Shown here one piece after another: positions 38,113 through 52,230 of a DNA stretch of 64,000 nt. The stretch comes from Pavona decussata. Lineage: Eukaryota. Position 1 is the first letter of the stretch, and each line of letters opens with the position of its first letter. The notes beneath the pieces are model-generated. The model saw nothing but the letters and a program-made list of their open reading frames with translations, did not search any database and was not told where the DNA came from. Location: assembly GCA_977016875.1 (NCBI GenBank), contig CDRNST010000122.1, positions 372,001 to 436,000 on the forward strand, given 5' to 3'. Both the position numbers and the translations under genes were made by a program.

Positions 38113-40173
38113 TTCAGAGCTGTGTGGAACAATCTGCAATGTCTTTTGTGGTCCTGTTCACTATAAAAATTGAACAAATCAATGACACAAAATAACGCTA
38201 TTTTGAAATGTTAATGGATATTTCTAACTTATACTGGTGGAAAAATTCATTATTGGGGCTTAGATTAATTTTTCATTCGAGTTTCTTCTTTTCCCATTAT
38301 TTCAACCAGACGTTATTTTTTTTTTTAGTATTTAATTTTACGATCTTGTTCAACGGAATCAGTGTTACATGGGACAAACGAGTGAAAGCACGTATTGTTA
38401 ACTCGAACTAGAAAGTAAACGAACCAAATCATCAGACTTAAAGGAATCAAACTGTGCTGATATTTGCTAAAATATTATGAAGAGCCGAAGGTAAACGAAC
38501 CAGCCACCATTAAAGATGTAAAGAAATTGAACTGATATCTTCAAAACTATTTAAAAAATGAACAATAATTGCACCAAATATTTCCTTGTTAATCGTCAAT
38601 CGTCAATAAACAAACTGTGACCTTAGTTATCTTGATATTTTCCAGACGATTGTCTTGAACTTAGGAGCAAACAGACCAAATATCATTACGGATTTTGTAT
38701 TGCTATTCTCCAAAATGTTTACTGAAAAGAAGCGAAAAATGGATTGACAAGAGGAATTATTTTTAAATTTGAAAACATCGATAAATTCATTCACAAAGCG
38801 CCAAACAACAATAACTTGATAATTCAAAACAAAACAAAGATCGAAAAGAGTATACAGGAACTAAACAGTGTGTTGATTTTCTAAAATGAAACGTAACTGG
38901 GAACAAGTTTCAATTTTCAGTAAGCGACAAAGTACAAGGAATTTGTTTCGATATTCAAAACAACTTGATTATTTATACCAAAAAGATGCTTTCACTCGTT
39001 GAATGTAACACTGTTAATTGTTAGCCTGTGCTGACTTCACTTGCTAGTTGAACAAGATCTTTTAAAGCGACACGGCAAGCTTAATGGTTTTGCAGCTGTT
39101 ATAAATTTGGTTTAAGTTTGGGACACAAAAACATAAGCGTTTTTCTATTGGTGTTCTGATCAAAAGTTTTGCGATCATCCAATTTTTCCCTGCTGCCAAA
39201 CCGTTTAACGGCTTACCATGTCGCTCTTTAAGCTAACACCACTTCGCAAAGGAAACTTTAAAATTTTCTCGAATTCAACACTTAAAAAGCTTGAAATTTT
39301 TCACAAAACGTTTCCTTACGAAGTGGTGTATGCGTTTTTGGCGGGTTTAAATTTGTAGGGGCAAAAATTTCAAGGGGTTCCCGTTAATTTTTTTGCGAAG
39401 ATTGTTGCCAGGGAAAACGCTGTGCAAATTTCGTCAAATTTTCCCGCCAAAAGACTTAGTATATACAGGAAGAAAAATTTTTGTCACACTTTTAATTAGT
39501 TAAAAGATTTTTACTTGATTAACTTATTATTCAAAAGCATTGTGAAGAAAGAAATAAAGAACACAATACAACTGAAACAACTCTTTTGATCTTTATTGTC
39601 TTTTATTATTAGCTAATAAAATGAATACTTGACAACTAAAATAGATATTAAAATTATAGGCTTGAAATTTTGAAAAAAAAAAATCGGCGCATGCGTATTT
39701 TGAGCGCCCGTATTTTTTCTAAGTTTTTTGGCGGGAAAAAATGCCATTTTCAACCAGAGTATAACTAGTTGGAATGATTAAAAAAAAAAAAACGGCGCAT
39801 GCGTATTTTGAGCGCCCGTATTTTTTTAAAGTCTTTTGGCGGGAAAAATAAGTAGTTTAAACGGAGGTTCCCATAGAAAACAAACTAAGGCAAAACAAAA
39901 TGAAGATAGATTTGGCAATATATTTGTTTAAAAGAATCTTGTTACAGGAGATTCTCTCATGAAAGACATACTCGGAGTGTTTGGTTTGTCCTCAAACTTT
40001 GCTTACAAAATGAAAAATTTGAAACGCGTTGCAACAAAATGTTTCAGCAGTAGTGGCCAAGTTAAACATTAAAAAAATTAATTGTCTTCGAGTCTGCAAC
40101 TTGGTCGTTTTAAAAGCAGTACACCGCAGTGATACATTGTAAGCAAATGAGTACCGTGCAAATGGCCACTAGC

Positions 40174-40402
40174 TTAGGATGCGTTCGATTGACCCTATTC
40201 CAGAATAGAAACATATATACGACGATGGCAAGAATTCCCTGATAAGAGGTTTTGGAATTACTGAAATACAAAATGGCTCTTAAATTATCGTGCGTTAGCG
40301 AAAGTTTCCAGAAATGTTTTCCCAAATTTGCTTCAAAAGAGAAAGCTACCGGCTATTCTGCTTATTCTTACTCCGGAATATGGTCAATCGAACGCAACCT
40401 TA
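40174..40402. mobile_element. MITE; related copies at ~47345-47740
   Basis: TIRs taggatgcgttcgattgaccctattcc / ggaatatggtcaatcgaacgcaaccta-like. Confidence 0.65.
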
Positions 40403-41484
40403 TTGATGCAGTGCAACACAGATATAACTGCCAAACGAGACGAAAAAATTGTAAAATTTGAAAGTAAAGTTAACTCGACGAATTTTTTTCAAACCGCAAG
40501 TTTAGGTAGAAATCACAAATCGCTACTGAATAGTTTCATGAAACTTTTTCCAGTACAACCAAATCTCGGTTATCAATCAGAAGGCAATAGCAATTGCTTG
40601 AAATTTTGTAGTTTTCCTTTGTTATTGCTTAAACCACTGACTTTTCGAAATATGTTAATTTGTGTAGGGAGAGAAAGAAAGCAGAAATTTAAATAAATTC
40701 AGTATCACAGCCTGCATTTTATTCAAAGTGCAATGTTTACACTAGCGCTAGCAAACATCCCGAAATTCCTTAAATATCATGAAATTCCTTGAATTATTTT
40801 GTTTTGAGCTAACCGGCATTTGTTACATTTAATGTTGAAAGTGGGAGGAGCTTGGTCCTTTTTGTATTGCGCCTTTTTGGTTAAAAAAAAAAAAAAAAAA
40901 AACCTTGAAACCTAAACTGAACACAAACAGGTGGCCTTAGAAGGTTAATTTTAACCACTGATTGGATGTGTTACTGAAAAAAGACATATTGGTAAAAAGC
41001 TGGTGAGATAACAAAAGATGGAGAGCCTTACAAGTTATTCAGAAAATGATGGTCGTGAAATTGACCGGTGGATTACATTTTCACTGAGAAAATCAACTTT
41101 TTCTTTACATTACTGCAAACTGAAAATACTGGCGTAATAACTTCAAATTTTCGTTCAGAAAACACGTCTTAAGTGACAACAAAATCTTCATAGAAACTAG
41201 TAAATATGCAAAATCTTATTGAAAGTCATTTACATGCAGAATTTAACCAAGTGTGAAGAGACAAAATGCTCTTCCATTTTTACTGACATAGGAAGCTCTA
41301 ATTTTGAAATTCACAAGTACAGGTAATGAAAACTAACATCTGTTTAATTCAAACGAACTCGCTACCGAACACTTAGTATTCATGTCTCTGAAATTCAAAG
41401 TTTTCCTAAAAGCTGAACACGCAGAATTTAAACAAAAAGCTCCAAAATGGCCTGAATTTTTCAACAGTAAACGTTTAAACTACA

Positions 41485-43190
41485 AACAGACTCAGGAATG
41501 TCCTGCTAATGATTTTGCAAACCCTGTTCAGCCTGGAATTTTTTTTTCGAGTTCCTAAACCTGAGGGGCACTTCGTATCAGCCCCCTTCAAGAGCCATAA
41601 CACTATGACAATGAAACCTGGAGGGTAAATAATTATTATATGCCCAAAATGTTTCCTTTAGTGGTCAAAAAATGGGACAATAAGGTCATACGATGTGGCA
41701 ATCACGTGATTGATTCTTCCCAGCCACCACCTTGAGTTCGCCATTTTGGATTTCTTGATTTCGTGGACAAAACCTCAGAAAACTTTCAAATTGACTCAAA
41801 ACTAACAAAAAAAATCTAAAGTAAAAGCAACAATGATACACTTTTTTCACTAAAGGTAAAAAAAAAAAAAAAAAAAAAAGTTTGAAAAACAAGGCTGTCA
41901 AAATCTTGTCGCCATGCAAAACATCAAGTCACGTGAACAGTTAGGTGTCAAAGCAAATTGTTCTCAGATAAATTTAACTGACAAAGCAACCTCTAATCTT
42001 GAAATTCTCAAGTAATAAAAACTAACATTTGTTTAACTCAAACAAACAAGTTACCAAAAATCAAAAATCGCCTGAATTTTCAAATGAGGAATCGTGCCTA
42101 GACCGACTTGACAAAAATTGGAAACTAGCAAAGAAACAATATTTATACTGTATTAATAAACACTGAGAATGATATAGTATTTTCACTTCAATTGAGTACT
42201 GCAAGTTTGCATCTCTTGCCAAAAAGATACAACTGGCTACAGATTTTACAGAACCTTTCTTGACCGGTTGTTTTTTCTATACTTGGAAGAGACCAATCAT
42301 CCTTAACGTTTCACTGGAAAAATTATTTGAACCTGAACTAAATACCTGATGAAAAATGACAGACATTGTGAAAGACGTAAAAACTGCATTATAGCGTACA
42401 CAATTTTCACTATGAAATTGCCATTTCTGAGGCCCATGCAATCTGTAAGTTGTAAGTCAAATTTGAATGGTATCAAATTAAATATTTTTTAATACAAGCT
42501 TGGCCCGGAAAGAACTGGCTTAATTTGCAGTAAAATTAATCTCAACTGAGTCACACAGACAACAAGTACTACTCTTTTCATTAGAAAAAAAAAAAGGTCT
42601 AAAAGTCAAACAGAGAGCATATTTGATTCTAATCTGTAACTTGAATTACACTCGACGTAACTGAAAACCGATGAAATGTAAATGCTTAAACTGGGAACAG
42701 ACTCAGGAATGTCCTGCTAATGATTTTGCAAACCCTTTAAGTTTTCAGCCTGAGGGTGTTTTTTTTTTCCGAGCTCCTAAACCTGAGGGGGATTTTGTAT
42801 CGGCCCCCTTCATCACTTCAAGAGCATTAACACTATGACAATGAAACCTGAATGGTAAATTATAAGTCTAAAATGTTTCCTTCAGTGTTCAGAAAATAGA
42901 AAAATAAGGTCATATGATGTGGCAATTACGTGATTGATTCTTTCCAGCGGCCATCTTGAGTTCACCATTGTGGATTTCTTGATTTCATGGCCAGGACCTC
43001 AGAAAACCGTTCAAGTGGACTCAAAAATAATAAAAAAAAAATTAATTCAAGGTAACGTCGATACACTTTTTCACAAAAGGTTAAAAAATACAAAGTTCGA
43101 AAAAACAAGGCTGTCAAAATCTTGCTGCCATGGAAACATCAAGTCACTTGAACAATTAGGCGTTGAAGCAAATTGCTGTCAGATACATTT
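41485..43190 (+). repeat. Two diverged direct copies (~490 bp) of a repeat fragment
   Basis: aacagactcaggaatgtcctgctaatgattttgcaaaccct starts at ~41485 and ~42696; similarity continues through aaacaaggctgtcaaaatcttg..ccatg..aacatcaagtcac. Confidence 0.8.
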
Positions 43191-46149
43191 TAGGAAAAGT
43201 CTGCAATTTTTGCAGTGTTTGTTTAATATTGAGAATCTTGCAGGCACTTTGTACCCCCCCCCCCCTCCCCACCTCCCCACAAACCAGGCTGAATAGGATT
43301 AATACTGCATGCATGGAAATTGACCAGTTTAAGTCACTTTGGAATCATGTCTCAACCCAAATCTTCGAACAGACATGTAACAATATTGATCAAAAGATGG
43401 AAATACATTACAAGAGTACTGACGTATGGGCGATGAAATAGCTAGACTCTCCCTAACATATAGAAAACCAGCCACTTTTGAACATCACTAAAATAGCTTT
43501 CTTATCAGGCATGTAAACTGACCAGGAAAATCAATTTGGCAAGAACTGACAAACTGACAAACAGTCAAACATAACAAAAACACTGAAGAGTGCAGGGCAA
43601 ACTTAATTCCTAACATGACCTTACAACAGCAAAAACAACCAGAAAATCCTTAGATTTATGAAAGCAAGACTACATGCCAACAAGTCATAACAAGCTGACT
43701 GCAACAGCCTGTTACACAATGGCCCCAGGTAGCAAGTAAATTTACTGAAAAATCATGGTTTTTGAACTTCACTCTCTATAGCCAACTGAGGTAGAAACAG
43801 ACCAGAAAATCCCTAAAAATCCAGTTTTGAACTCAGTAAACGTCTACATGTAAAAATCAAAGAGACAAAGATTAACAGGCAACATTAAAATGAAACGGGG
43901 TTGATCCGCAGATTGCCTGACGTTGGGTTTCACTTGAGATTGTGTGATCGAGTCTCGAATTCACACTGAATATGACATTTGGCCTAACTCTGAGAACGGA
44001 AATATTAAATCAAATTTAACCAAAAACTAACATTGTCATCATTCTTGGGCTGCAACCGAGATAGAATTTATCACTCCGCTGAAATTTTACTAAAAACAAC
44101 TAATTGAGAATCACTTAGAATCAACCTTAAACATCAAAATTTTATTGAAAGCTGACTAAATTTTTCAATGGGAACAAAACTGCGAATGGCGGCCTGCGAA
44201 TACATGTAGTTTTAACAAGAAATTGTAAGTGATGTTCAACTCCACATTCTAAAAACATGACAGTGGACAAATAACACAGCTTTTAAGAGAAAATCACTTC
44301 AAATGCCAGAACTTGTTCCCAGAACATTTATTCAAAATGCACTAAATTCAATTTACAGATTCTGAACAGAAAATGATCAAGGAGTAGCAAAGAGAAATTG
44401 TTTTTAACTTTAAGGTTGCACCGGATTGGCCATATTTGGGGATGAGGATAAATGAACCAGAACAGCCTCTAGATATCTTGTTTTGGGTAAATAAGGAAAT
44501 TCCTCAACATCAGAATCTCCAATTAAAGCTGAGAAAGAGGCAACATTTGACCTAATTTGAAAACAATCATAATAGTCCATGATTTCTACTTTGCAATACT
44601 TGGAGCTATTGTGAAGCCATAATTGCCGGCTCAAGAAGAGGCTGCAACCTATTTGCACACCATATCTCGATTTTGGAGTTAAATTGTTCTGCCAAAACCA
44701 ATCAATAAATCCTTGTAAACCAGTCACAAACCATTTCCACTTGAACAATAACATTTTAAAAGATGGCAGCCACATTGGCCAGTGTACTTGATTTTCAAAG
44801 CCAAAGTTTCGCATCATTGGAGTGTTAATGTACATTTAAAAGGCTATAAATGGAAAGAAACAGTTTTTTAAAACTCAACGAGCTTCGTTTGAGATTCAAT
44901 GCGAACCGACAGTGAAACCAAAGAAGATAACATCTACCATGCTCTTTTCACGTGAATGCAAATTTGGCAAGTGTGGATTACTTGCAGTGGATTTAGCCTT
45001 ACTCGGTAAGTTTTTCCGTTGTTTACATACTTGTTCCTACAATTTTGCCACAGAATAAGATTTTAGACATTCTTTTGCATTTTGGAGGATCTACATGTAC
45101 ATGTATTTAAGGAGTGCTGGCATGTTTGGCTTGATGAAAACTCTGTTGAAGGGATGTATAATGATGAAGAAAGTGATATAGACTGGCAGCTAGGAAACTT
45201 AAGAGCGAGGAATCAAGGTAAGCACTCAACACAAGCGTTTGTGTCTGTTCATGAAAGCAATGCCATCGAGCACATGGTGTTGAAATACAAAGATATACTC
45301 CCCAGGTTACCTTTTTTGCATTTGATATCTCATCTGGTTCTTGAGTATTGATCATGAATTCGTATCTGTTGGTAAAAAGCTCAATAATTTTTGGTGAAAG
45401 CATCTTTTGAGCGATGCGATTCAAGTTATTTGCCCAAGTGAAACTGGTCCTGTAATTTGATCAGCTGTTATATATGTTCCCATGGAGAAATGCATTTCTT
45501 GACTGATGCGATGCATGGGCAAAAACAAATCATAACTAATTTTAGATTTCTTCTTTTCCAGCCACATTTTCAGGAAATGTTGCTGACACGAGAGGGATCA
45601 TTATTTTTCTTTTTCAATTTTTTGTACAATTACATATCACTTTGAAAATAATACTTTTTCCTCAGATGTAATCAAATTTTTTTTGTTGATTTTTGTTATT
45701 TAAAATTTTTTTTTTTTTCAGAAAAGTGCTGGGTTTCTAGGATGGGATTTATTCTTTTCTGAGAAGCCCATTTTATAGTTTAAAATGAAATATTGTAGGC
45801 CATATTGCTGTAAATGGTTGTCAAGATATAAAATAAACATTCGATGTGGTAAATTTCACCTATTTTTTAGAAACTTCATGTAAGCTATTACCGAGGTGTA
45901 ACCTACATGTATAATGACAACAAACTCTAAGATTGCGCAGTACGCTATACGGACTGAAAATCATCTTCAACAGCGACATGCAGGTTTTTTTAATGATCAC
46001 TACCCAACGCAATGGGCAACCAATTTCAATACTCAACTTAAGTTTCATTGAAAATCCCTTAACTGAAAAGTGTTCTAGCCGGCACTTCCTAACCCTTGGT
46101 TATTTCTAGTAAGAATACTTGAGAATGATGTATTTTTCAGTGACTGACA

Positions 46150-46295
46150 AAGGCATACTCGGAAAAAGGCAACTGATCTGAGTGCTCCTATCAGGAGTAA
46201 CCTAAGAACTTCTGATTACTACATGTAGTTTGGATGCTCTACCACTAAGCTACAGGAGAGTACAATGTTCAAAGAGAGCTATAGGAGACTCTTAT
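46150..46295 (-). mobile_element. tRNA-derived SINE head fragment
   Basis: Minus strand has an A-box-like tagcttagtggtagagc and a degenerate B-box region; too decayed to be a tRNA. Confidence 0.55.
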
Positions 46296-48185
46296 CGAAA
46301 AATGACAGCCTCTGTCAGAAAGATAATAATTATTTTTCTTATTATATCAAGTACACTGAGAAATAGTACCCCTTCCTCAAAACTCTTAATGAAAAATAGA
46401 CAATCAGCCTAAGATTTCTATGCATAATCACTTGTTCCTCAATCTTGTTAAATCATTATTTTGTTATCGTAAAAATCATTGCAGAAAAGGGTAAGCCATT
46501 TTTTTTTTTAGAAAAGAGCAAAAAAACGCCTCATAGTTTTATCACAAAATCCTAAAGTGTGACCTTTCATACAAACCATGGTGCTGTTTATTAGTTCTAA
46601 CTTTTTGGATGCGCAATTTCTGCTTTCGCATTTTCTCTCCCGAAAAATTATATTCTATACTGATTTCTTTATACATGTATCTGTGATTGCACTGTATCTT
46701 GAAAACAAAAACTTTGTTGTAGTTGTTTGGCTGCTTATAAAAAAAAGAAACGAAATTGGAGCATAAACTACCACATTTACTCACATGTCTAGGCCGTATT
46801 CGAGTGTAAGCTACACGTGGTTACCCTAAGCTGCATGCCCATCCCAACCATCACCCGCTGTGCCTATATTTTAACTGCAGCATACATGTTAATGCTGACT
46901 ATTTGCAAGACAAACAAAATATACAGATTTGCTCACATCTAAGCTGCATTCTTTTCAAACTTTAAACCTAATGTTGTATTTTGTTCAAATTTGTATGGCA
47001 TAACTGGTACCGTGAGTAAATATAATAGTCTTATTGCACTTCTAAAGTAAAACTAGTTTCTCTACCTCTACTTGAATTGCTTGCCCAGTTACAGAGATGA
47101 TCACTGTGGTGCTTGTTTGAATCTGACATCTGGAAGTTCCTTGGATCCTTTATAGAAAGAGAACAAAAATATATTGATCACTAAATGTAGTAAGACAAAG
47201 CCAGCATTGTAATAAAAAGTTAAACTGTTTTGAGATGTGTAGGGTCGGCAATTTAAGAATGTCTCAGTATTTCATGCCCTGTCTACAATATACAATGTAC
47301 ATGTACGTCAGATCTATAATTTGGTCATTTCGTGTTGCTAGTCTAAGACCGCATTCAATTGAACACATTTTGGATTAAAACTAACAACCTCTATGTTTCT
47401 CTCGCTGGGTAAAGGATTTTTAGGATTTTTATTATTGTATGTAAAAAAAAAAAACTATTTTTATTCTGGAATAGGGCCAATTGGACGCACACTAAGAATT
47501 TAAGCTACAATGGCGGCGTTGGATTGTCCATATTCTGGAATGAGAATAAGCGGAATAGCTGTTACATGTAGATTTCTCTTTTTAAGTGAATTTCGGAATT
47601 TCCAAACTTTTGCTGATGCACAATAATAATTTAAACACTGCCTTGTATTCCAGTAACTCCAAAAATTTCTTATGAGGGATTTCTAGAAATCATTGTATGT
47701 ATTCCTATTCCAAAATAGGGCCAATTGAACACAAACTAAGCAATTTTGCTTAAACAAACCAATAATGACTCACCAAAGAGTACTTATAAATTTATCTATT
47801 ATAAATAACCAACTCACCTCTTTAGACAGTAATTTCTAGGTTGAGGTGTCTTTCATGACTTCTCATCCCTCATCTGAAATTTACCTGGAGAGAAAGAGTT
47901 AGATAGAAGTCAGCACCTGGAAGTGAAGTAGTAAGAGACAGATCTGAAACACATGGTTCTTCTTACTCTCTTTCAGAAGTAAAGGTCAAGTCGCGACAGT
48001 CAGACCAAAATAAAATAAAGCTAAACCTGGTTTCCACAACATAGAATCACAGGCTCCTGTGAGCCAACTTGTGAATGCAGAAGTGAATAGTGGTAACTGT
48101 AAAGCGATACTCACATCAAACTACAAAACTACACTTAGTGGACATGATGCCGCATTGCGGGGAATGCATTATCTATAAAGTTGCA

Positions 48186-49680
48186 TTAACCCTTTGACTC
48201 CCAACACAGGGCAAAACACACCTGAGGGGGGGCCGTGTGACGTTATCACTTTAAATACCAGCCGACATTGTACTTATCCTTACGTGCAACAACTTCAAAC
48301 GGGGCCACCCAGGGTTTTTTAAACAATCAGAAGCCAATTTGTTCATGAAGAATTTCGTCTTTTTCGTTAAAGCCAATCAAATTCAATCCTAAAATTAACT
48401 AGTTTTGTATTTTTCGACTGTGGGAACAGATGCGGCAGATTCAAAATTTCATCATATTTAAATATTTTTAAGAGGCTGCATTTGATTTTCCGACCTGTGT
48501 GTACAGTTTTAGTCAAAAAATAAATGTTGATTACCACAGTGGCCCTTTGTCGAACAAATTTCAATTGATATTCAAAGATACCTGAGCGGTTGAAATTCCA
48601 AAACAGAAATCGGCCCTTATAATTTTTCTATGCCTTTGTGGTTTGCGTAAGCCAATCTTTACAAAGTGACCATTGGTATGTTCTTCATCGCTTCCTTTTT
48701 TGAGAAGCAGTTAGTGTTGGATAGGTGTGAGATTATGTCTGTGCAACTCAGAATCAATCAGGCTGGTGGGTTTTTCGATAACGGTAGACATCCAGAAGTC
48801 TGAGCAGAGATTCAAGATCTGAATAAAGTTGTTAAGGAGCTGGAAAAAGAGCAGGAGAAGGCTAAGAGCGAATTTGATGTGTTTAAAGCAGCTAGAGAAT
48901 TGAGCCGCAAATAGCTTCTTCAGTGTGATGCGACCTTGACTGAGGATTTCAACAGAACAAATATGTAGATGGGAATTGCACTTGATAAGGACTTTTAACT
49001 CATCCTTGAAAATGCATTAGCAAACAAAATTCCATTGAACGAAGATGCAGACTGGGAATTGTCCTATATTATCGAGCGTTACAAACGAGCTAATGTTGAC
49101 ATTCTTTCACTAGTGTAAAGGCAAGACTGCATCATTTATACTGCAGTATATGTTATGTTGAAATGTTGAGTTTACAGTTTACATGTGAATACACAATTCA
49201 AGTTGTTGCGTTCAAATGTCTGTTTAACTTTAACTTTAAACAGGAGAATGTTTTGTCCTGAGAAAAGTTTGGCCGACCATTTTATCAGCTGTATTTACCG
49301 CATAGTAGCAAAGCTCTACAAACAGATGTGAAGTTGGACATATTTGTTGCAGATTTCCCTTTAGATCCTTCACTTTTTTAGCTTCTGTATTTTTGTGAGG
49401 TTTGTTGGTTGGAAAAAAGGCCATTTCTTTTTTTTTAATTGTTTATAAATTTTGACCGGTCAACTAAATCCCAAAGTTTGGTCACGGTCACTTCAGGATA
49501 CCAGGATACATGTATTTTTATAGGATCTGTTGCATCTGTTCCCACCGCCAAGTTAAATTTAGGAATGAATCTGATTGGCTTTTAAAACCACAAAGTTGAA
49601 ATTCTTTGTTAAAGAATCGGCTTCTGGTTGGTTAAAAAACCTTGGGTGGCCCCGGTTGAAGTCATTGCACTGTAATGGAC
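48186..49680. mobile_element. Non-autonomous DNA transposon with long (~160 bp) imperfect inverted repeats and decayed internal coding-like sequence
   Basis: 48285-48445 is the inverted counterpart of 49520-49670 (ggggccacccagggtttttt/aaaaaaccttgggtggcccc; tgggaacagatgc/gcatctgttccca). Left end begins ttaaccctttgactccc. Confidence 0.6.
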
Positions 49681-49933
49681 CACACAAAAGTTGCATCATA
49701 ACCCCAAGACGGTTTTGAGCCTATGCAGTATTTCATCCCCTTCTCTTACCTGAACCCTGTTTTTCCATGGCAAACTCTTCGCATACCTCTAGATCTGTTA
49801 GTGAAATAAGTTTTCTTACCTGTGGTTGTTTATAATCATGTTTCAGATGATTTTAGGCTCTGCTTGCTCGCTTGATTCTGGCATCTGAAGGTTCCTTAAA
49901 TCCTGCATAGAAATATAGCGTGTGTTTAATAAT

Positions 49934-51024
49934 GGGTTATTCCAGAAAAAATCCACACCCCCCCGACGGATGGGGTCGTTTTTTAGCCCCCCTTCTCACC
50001 TGGATTTCCTGAAGCACAAGACCCCCCCTCCTGTCTGGATTTCCAAAACAAAAGACCCCCACTCCCGCCTGGATTTCCGGAAAAAAATATTAGGCTTAAA
50101 TTTAATTTATTTTTAATAGAAAATACGCACAATCACGTCTAGAAAATGTTCTTTTTTTAATTTCTAAAGCTTCGGCTAATATTAAAAACTCTATCGCGTG
50201 GAACTAAAAGAAGAAAGGAGCAACAATGCGAAAAAAGCGAACGAGTTCATCCTTTGTGCCCAATGGACAACACCCATGGAATCTTTAAACTGCACGCAGA
50301 AAACGCACTGGCTGCTTGTTCAACTGTGCTACGGACGATGGGACTTCAGAGAGGTTACCACTGTATATGTTGCAGAAACCCGTCCAAGAACTTTCTCCTT
50401 CTGTTGCTTTCGCAATAACTTACGTTTCCAAAAGTTTTTTCGAGGTACAGATGGCTACAAGATCCTCTCGAGTATTTTCGACGAAGAGGGAATGTTTGGA
50501 CCAAAATTCTTTGGAACTATCTTCTTCAGCTAATAGCTCTGCATCTTTGCTTGCACAAGTAAAAAATTCTTCTGCCTGACACAGTGGAATCCACGCTAAG
50601 AATGCAATTGCGAACGTGAAATTACACAACGGTGGCGCGCTGGGTCTGGTACGAGTAGAAATGTGTCAGGCGTTTCAAACTCTTCGTTGCAACAAATGTT
50701 GCGATGGTTCGTTCTTTATTATCTTGTTGTTCGCGTTTTCTGCTATAAAAGGACCTGCGAAGGAACTTAGATTATCATTTATTTTAGGTGAGAAATATGT
50801 GAACAAAATATTTCTATTATTTTCAGGGTCTGAGAGCGCTGAAGTGTCACCGAACTAAACCTTTCGAATCGCGTGAACTATTGGTCGAAATGACTCCTGC
50901 AGAAGACTTCCTTAAGTTCAACCCCCCCTCCCGCCTGGATTTCCAGAGTCTTTGACCCCCCCTCCGGTGAGAATTTCCAGAATCCCATCCATCGGGGAGG
51001 TGTGGATTTTTTCTGGAATAACCC
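49934..51024. mobile_element. Non-autonomous TIR DNA transposon (1.09 kb)
   Basis: TIR gggttattccagaaaaaatccacac at both ends, 3-bp AAT flanking duplication, subterminal cctggatttcc repeats. Confidence 0.85.
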
Positions 51025-51830
51025 AATATAATTAGTCAGCTATTGAAAATTAGAAAGTTCAGAACTGATCTACAGTAATTTTTTGTGATACACTTGGCAC
51101 CAGAAGCCCCATTTGCACTACAGAAAATTTTTGGCACGGCTTGGATAAAAATGGCACAGGTACCAAAAAACAGAGGTTTGGCTCGGGTAAATTTTGTAGT
51201 ATAAATGATTTTGCCGTACCAATTTTTTTCCCTGCAGAACCAAAATTTCACTCGTGCTCGGCCCTTCTGAGCCTGTCTCAGCACAGGTGAAATTGATACG
51301 CGTTCCCAAAAACTTGGCCCGGCTCAGACAAAATGAGTAGTGTAAACAATTGACCATGCCAAACCAATTTTTTCCTGATGAGCCTTTGTCACTTTGGTCA
51401 GCACCATTTGTTTGAGCATGTGTAGTAATTCGCCGGGTCCTGCAACAAGCAAGTCACCACAAAAATCTTGCAGTCACTCTTGGAAAAAAAAAATGAAGTA
51501 AAGGAATGCACTCTTTATCTGTGAATACTGTTTCTAGCATCTCAAACCAGTGACCACTGTGTGTTAACATCCAAAATCTTCTCTCGATAGGACAGTTACC
51601 AGCCAGCATTGCTGCTGTTACAATGAACAATTTGTATCTTCGCCTTTTTCTATTATTCTGGAAAGAAGAACAGGAAGAGACTGATTTTTGACATCCCTGC
51701 GTGAAGTGAATTGAAATTCAGAATGGGAGAGAAATATCTTTTTGCGAAATGTGCACTTTTCTAACATTAGATTTATCACTGCGCTCGCACGTTTGGCCAA
51801 TATTTTTTGTTAGACGACGTTTGAGTGATG

Positions 51831-51879
<49 letters not shown>

Positions 51880-51985
51880 GAGATAGTCGGGTTTCCTATA
51901 GTAGTGCACACTAATAAAGGGATATTTTTGCGCGGTTTAAAACTATGCAGAGAAAGCAGAACTTATTAAATGCTTTTGGTATCTC

Positions 51986-52016
<31 letters not shown>

Positions 52017-52230
52017 CAGAGATAATTAAGCTTCAATTTAGGAAAAAATCCCATACATTGCTTTATATTTTGGCGTTTTTTAGAGATATTATTGCTTAAT
52101 TATCTCTAAAAAATGCGTGGTTACCCCCAATTTTCTTTTTGGATTCCAATAGGCCTTGCTGAGATCTGCTTTTCCCGCATAGTCATAAACCGCACAAAAA
52201 TACTTCGGTATTAGTAGGCACCGTCCTTAA
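51831..52230. mobile_element. MITE (~400 bp)
   Basis: TIRs ttaaggacggtgcctacta / tagtaggcaccgtccttaa plus an internal palindrome (aaaagaaaattgggggtaacca / tggttacccccaattttcttt). Confidence 0.85.

Noticed and set aside
44410-45424. ORFs of 141, 89 and 105 aa that might be viral or Polinton remnants
   Set aside because: No recognisable motif or consistent splice structure; cannot be supported without a homology search.
46150-46295. Possible tRNA gene
   Set aside because: Cloverleaf and B-box are disrupted; better explained as a SINE head.
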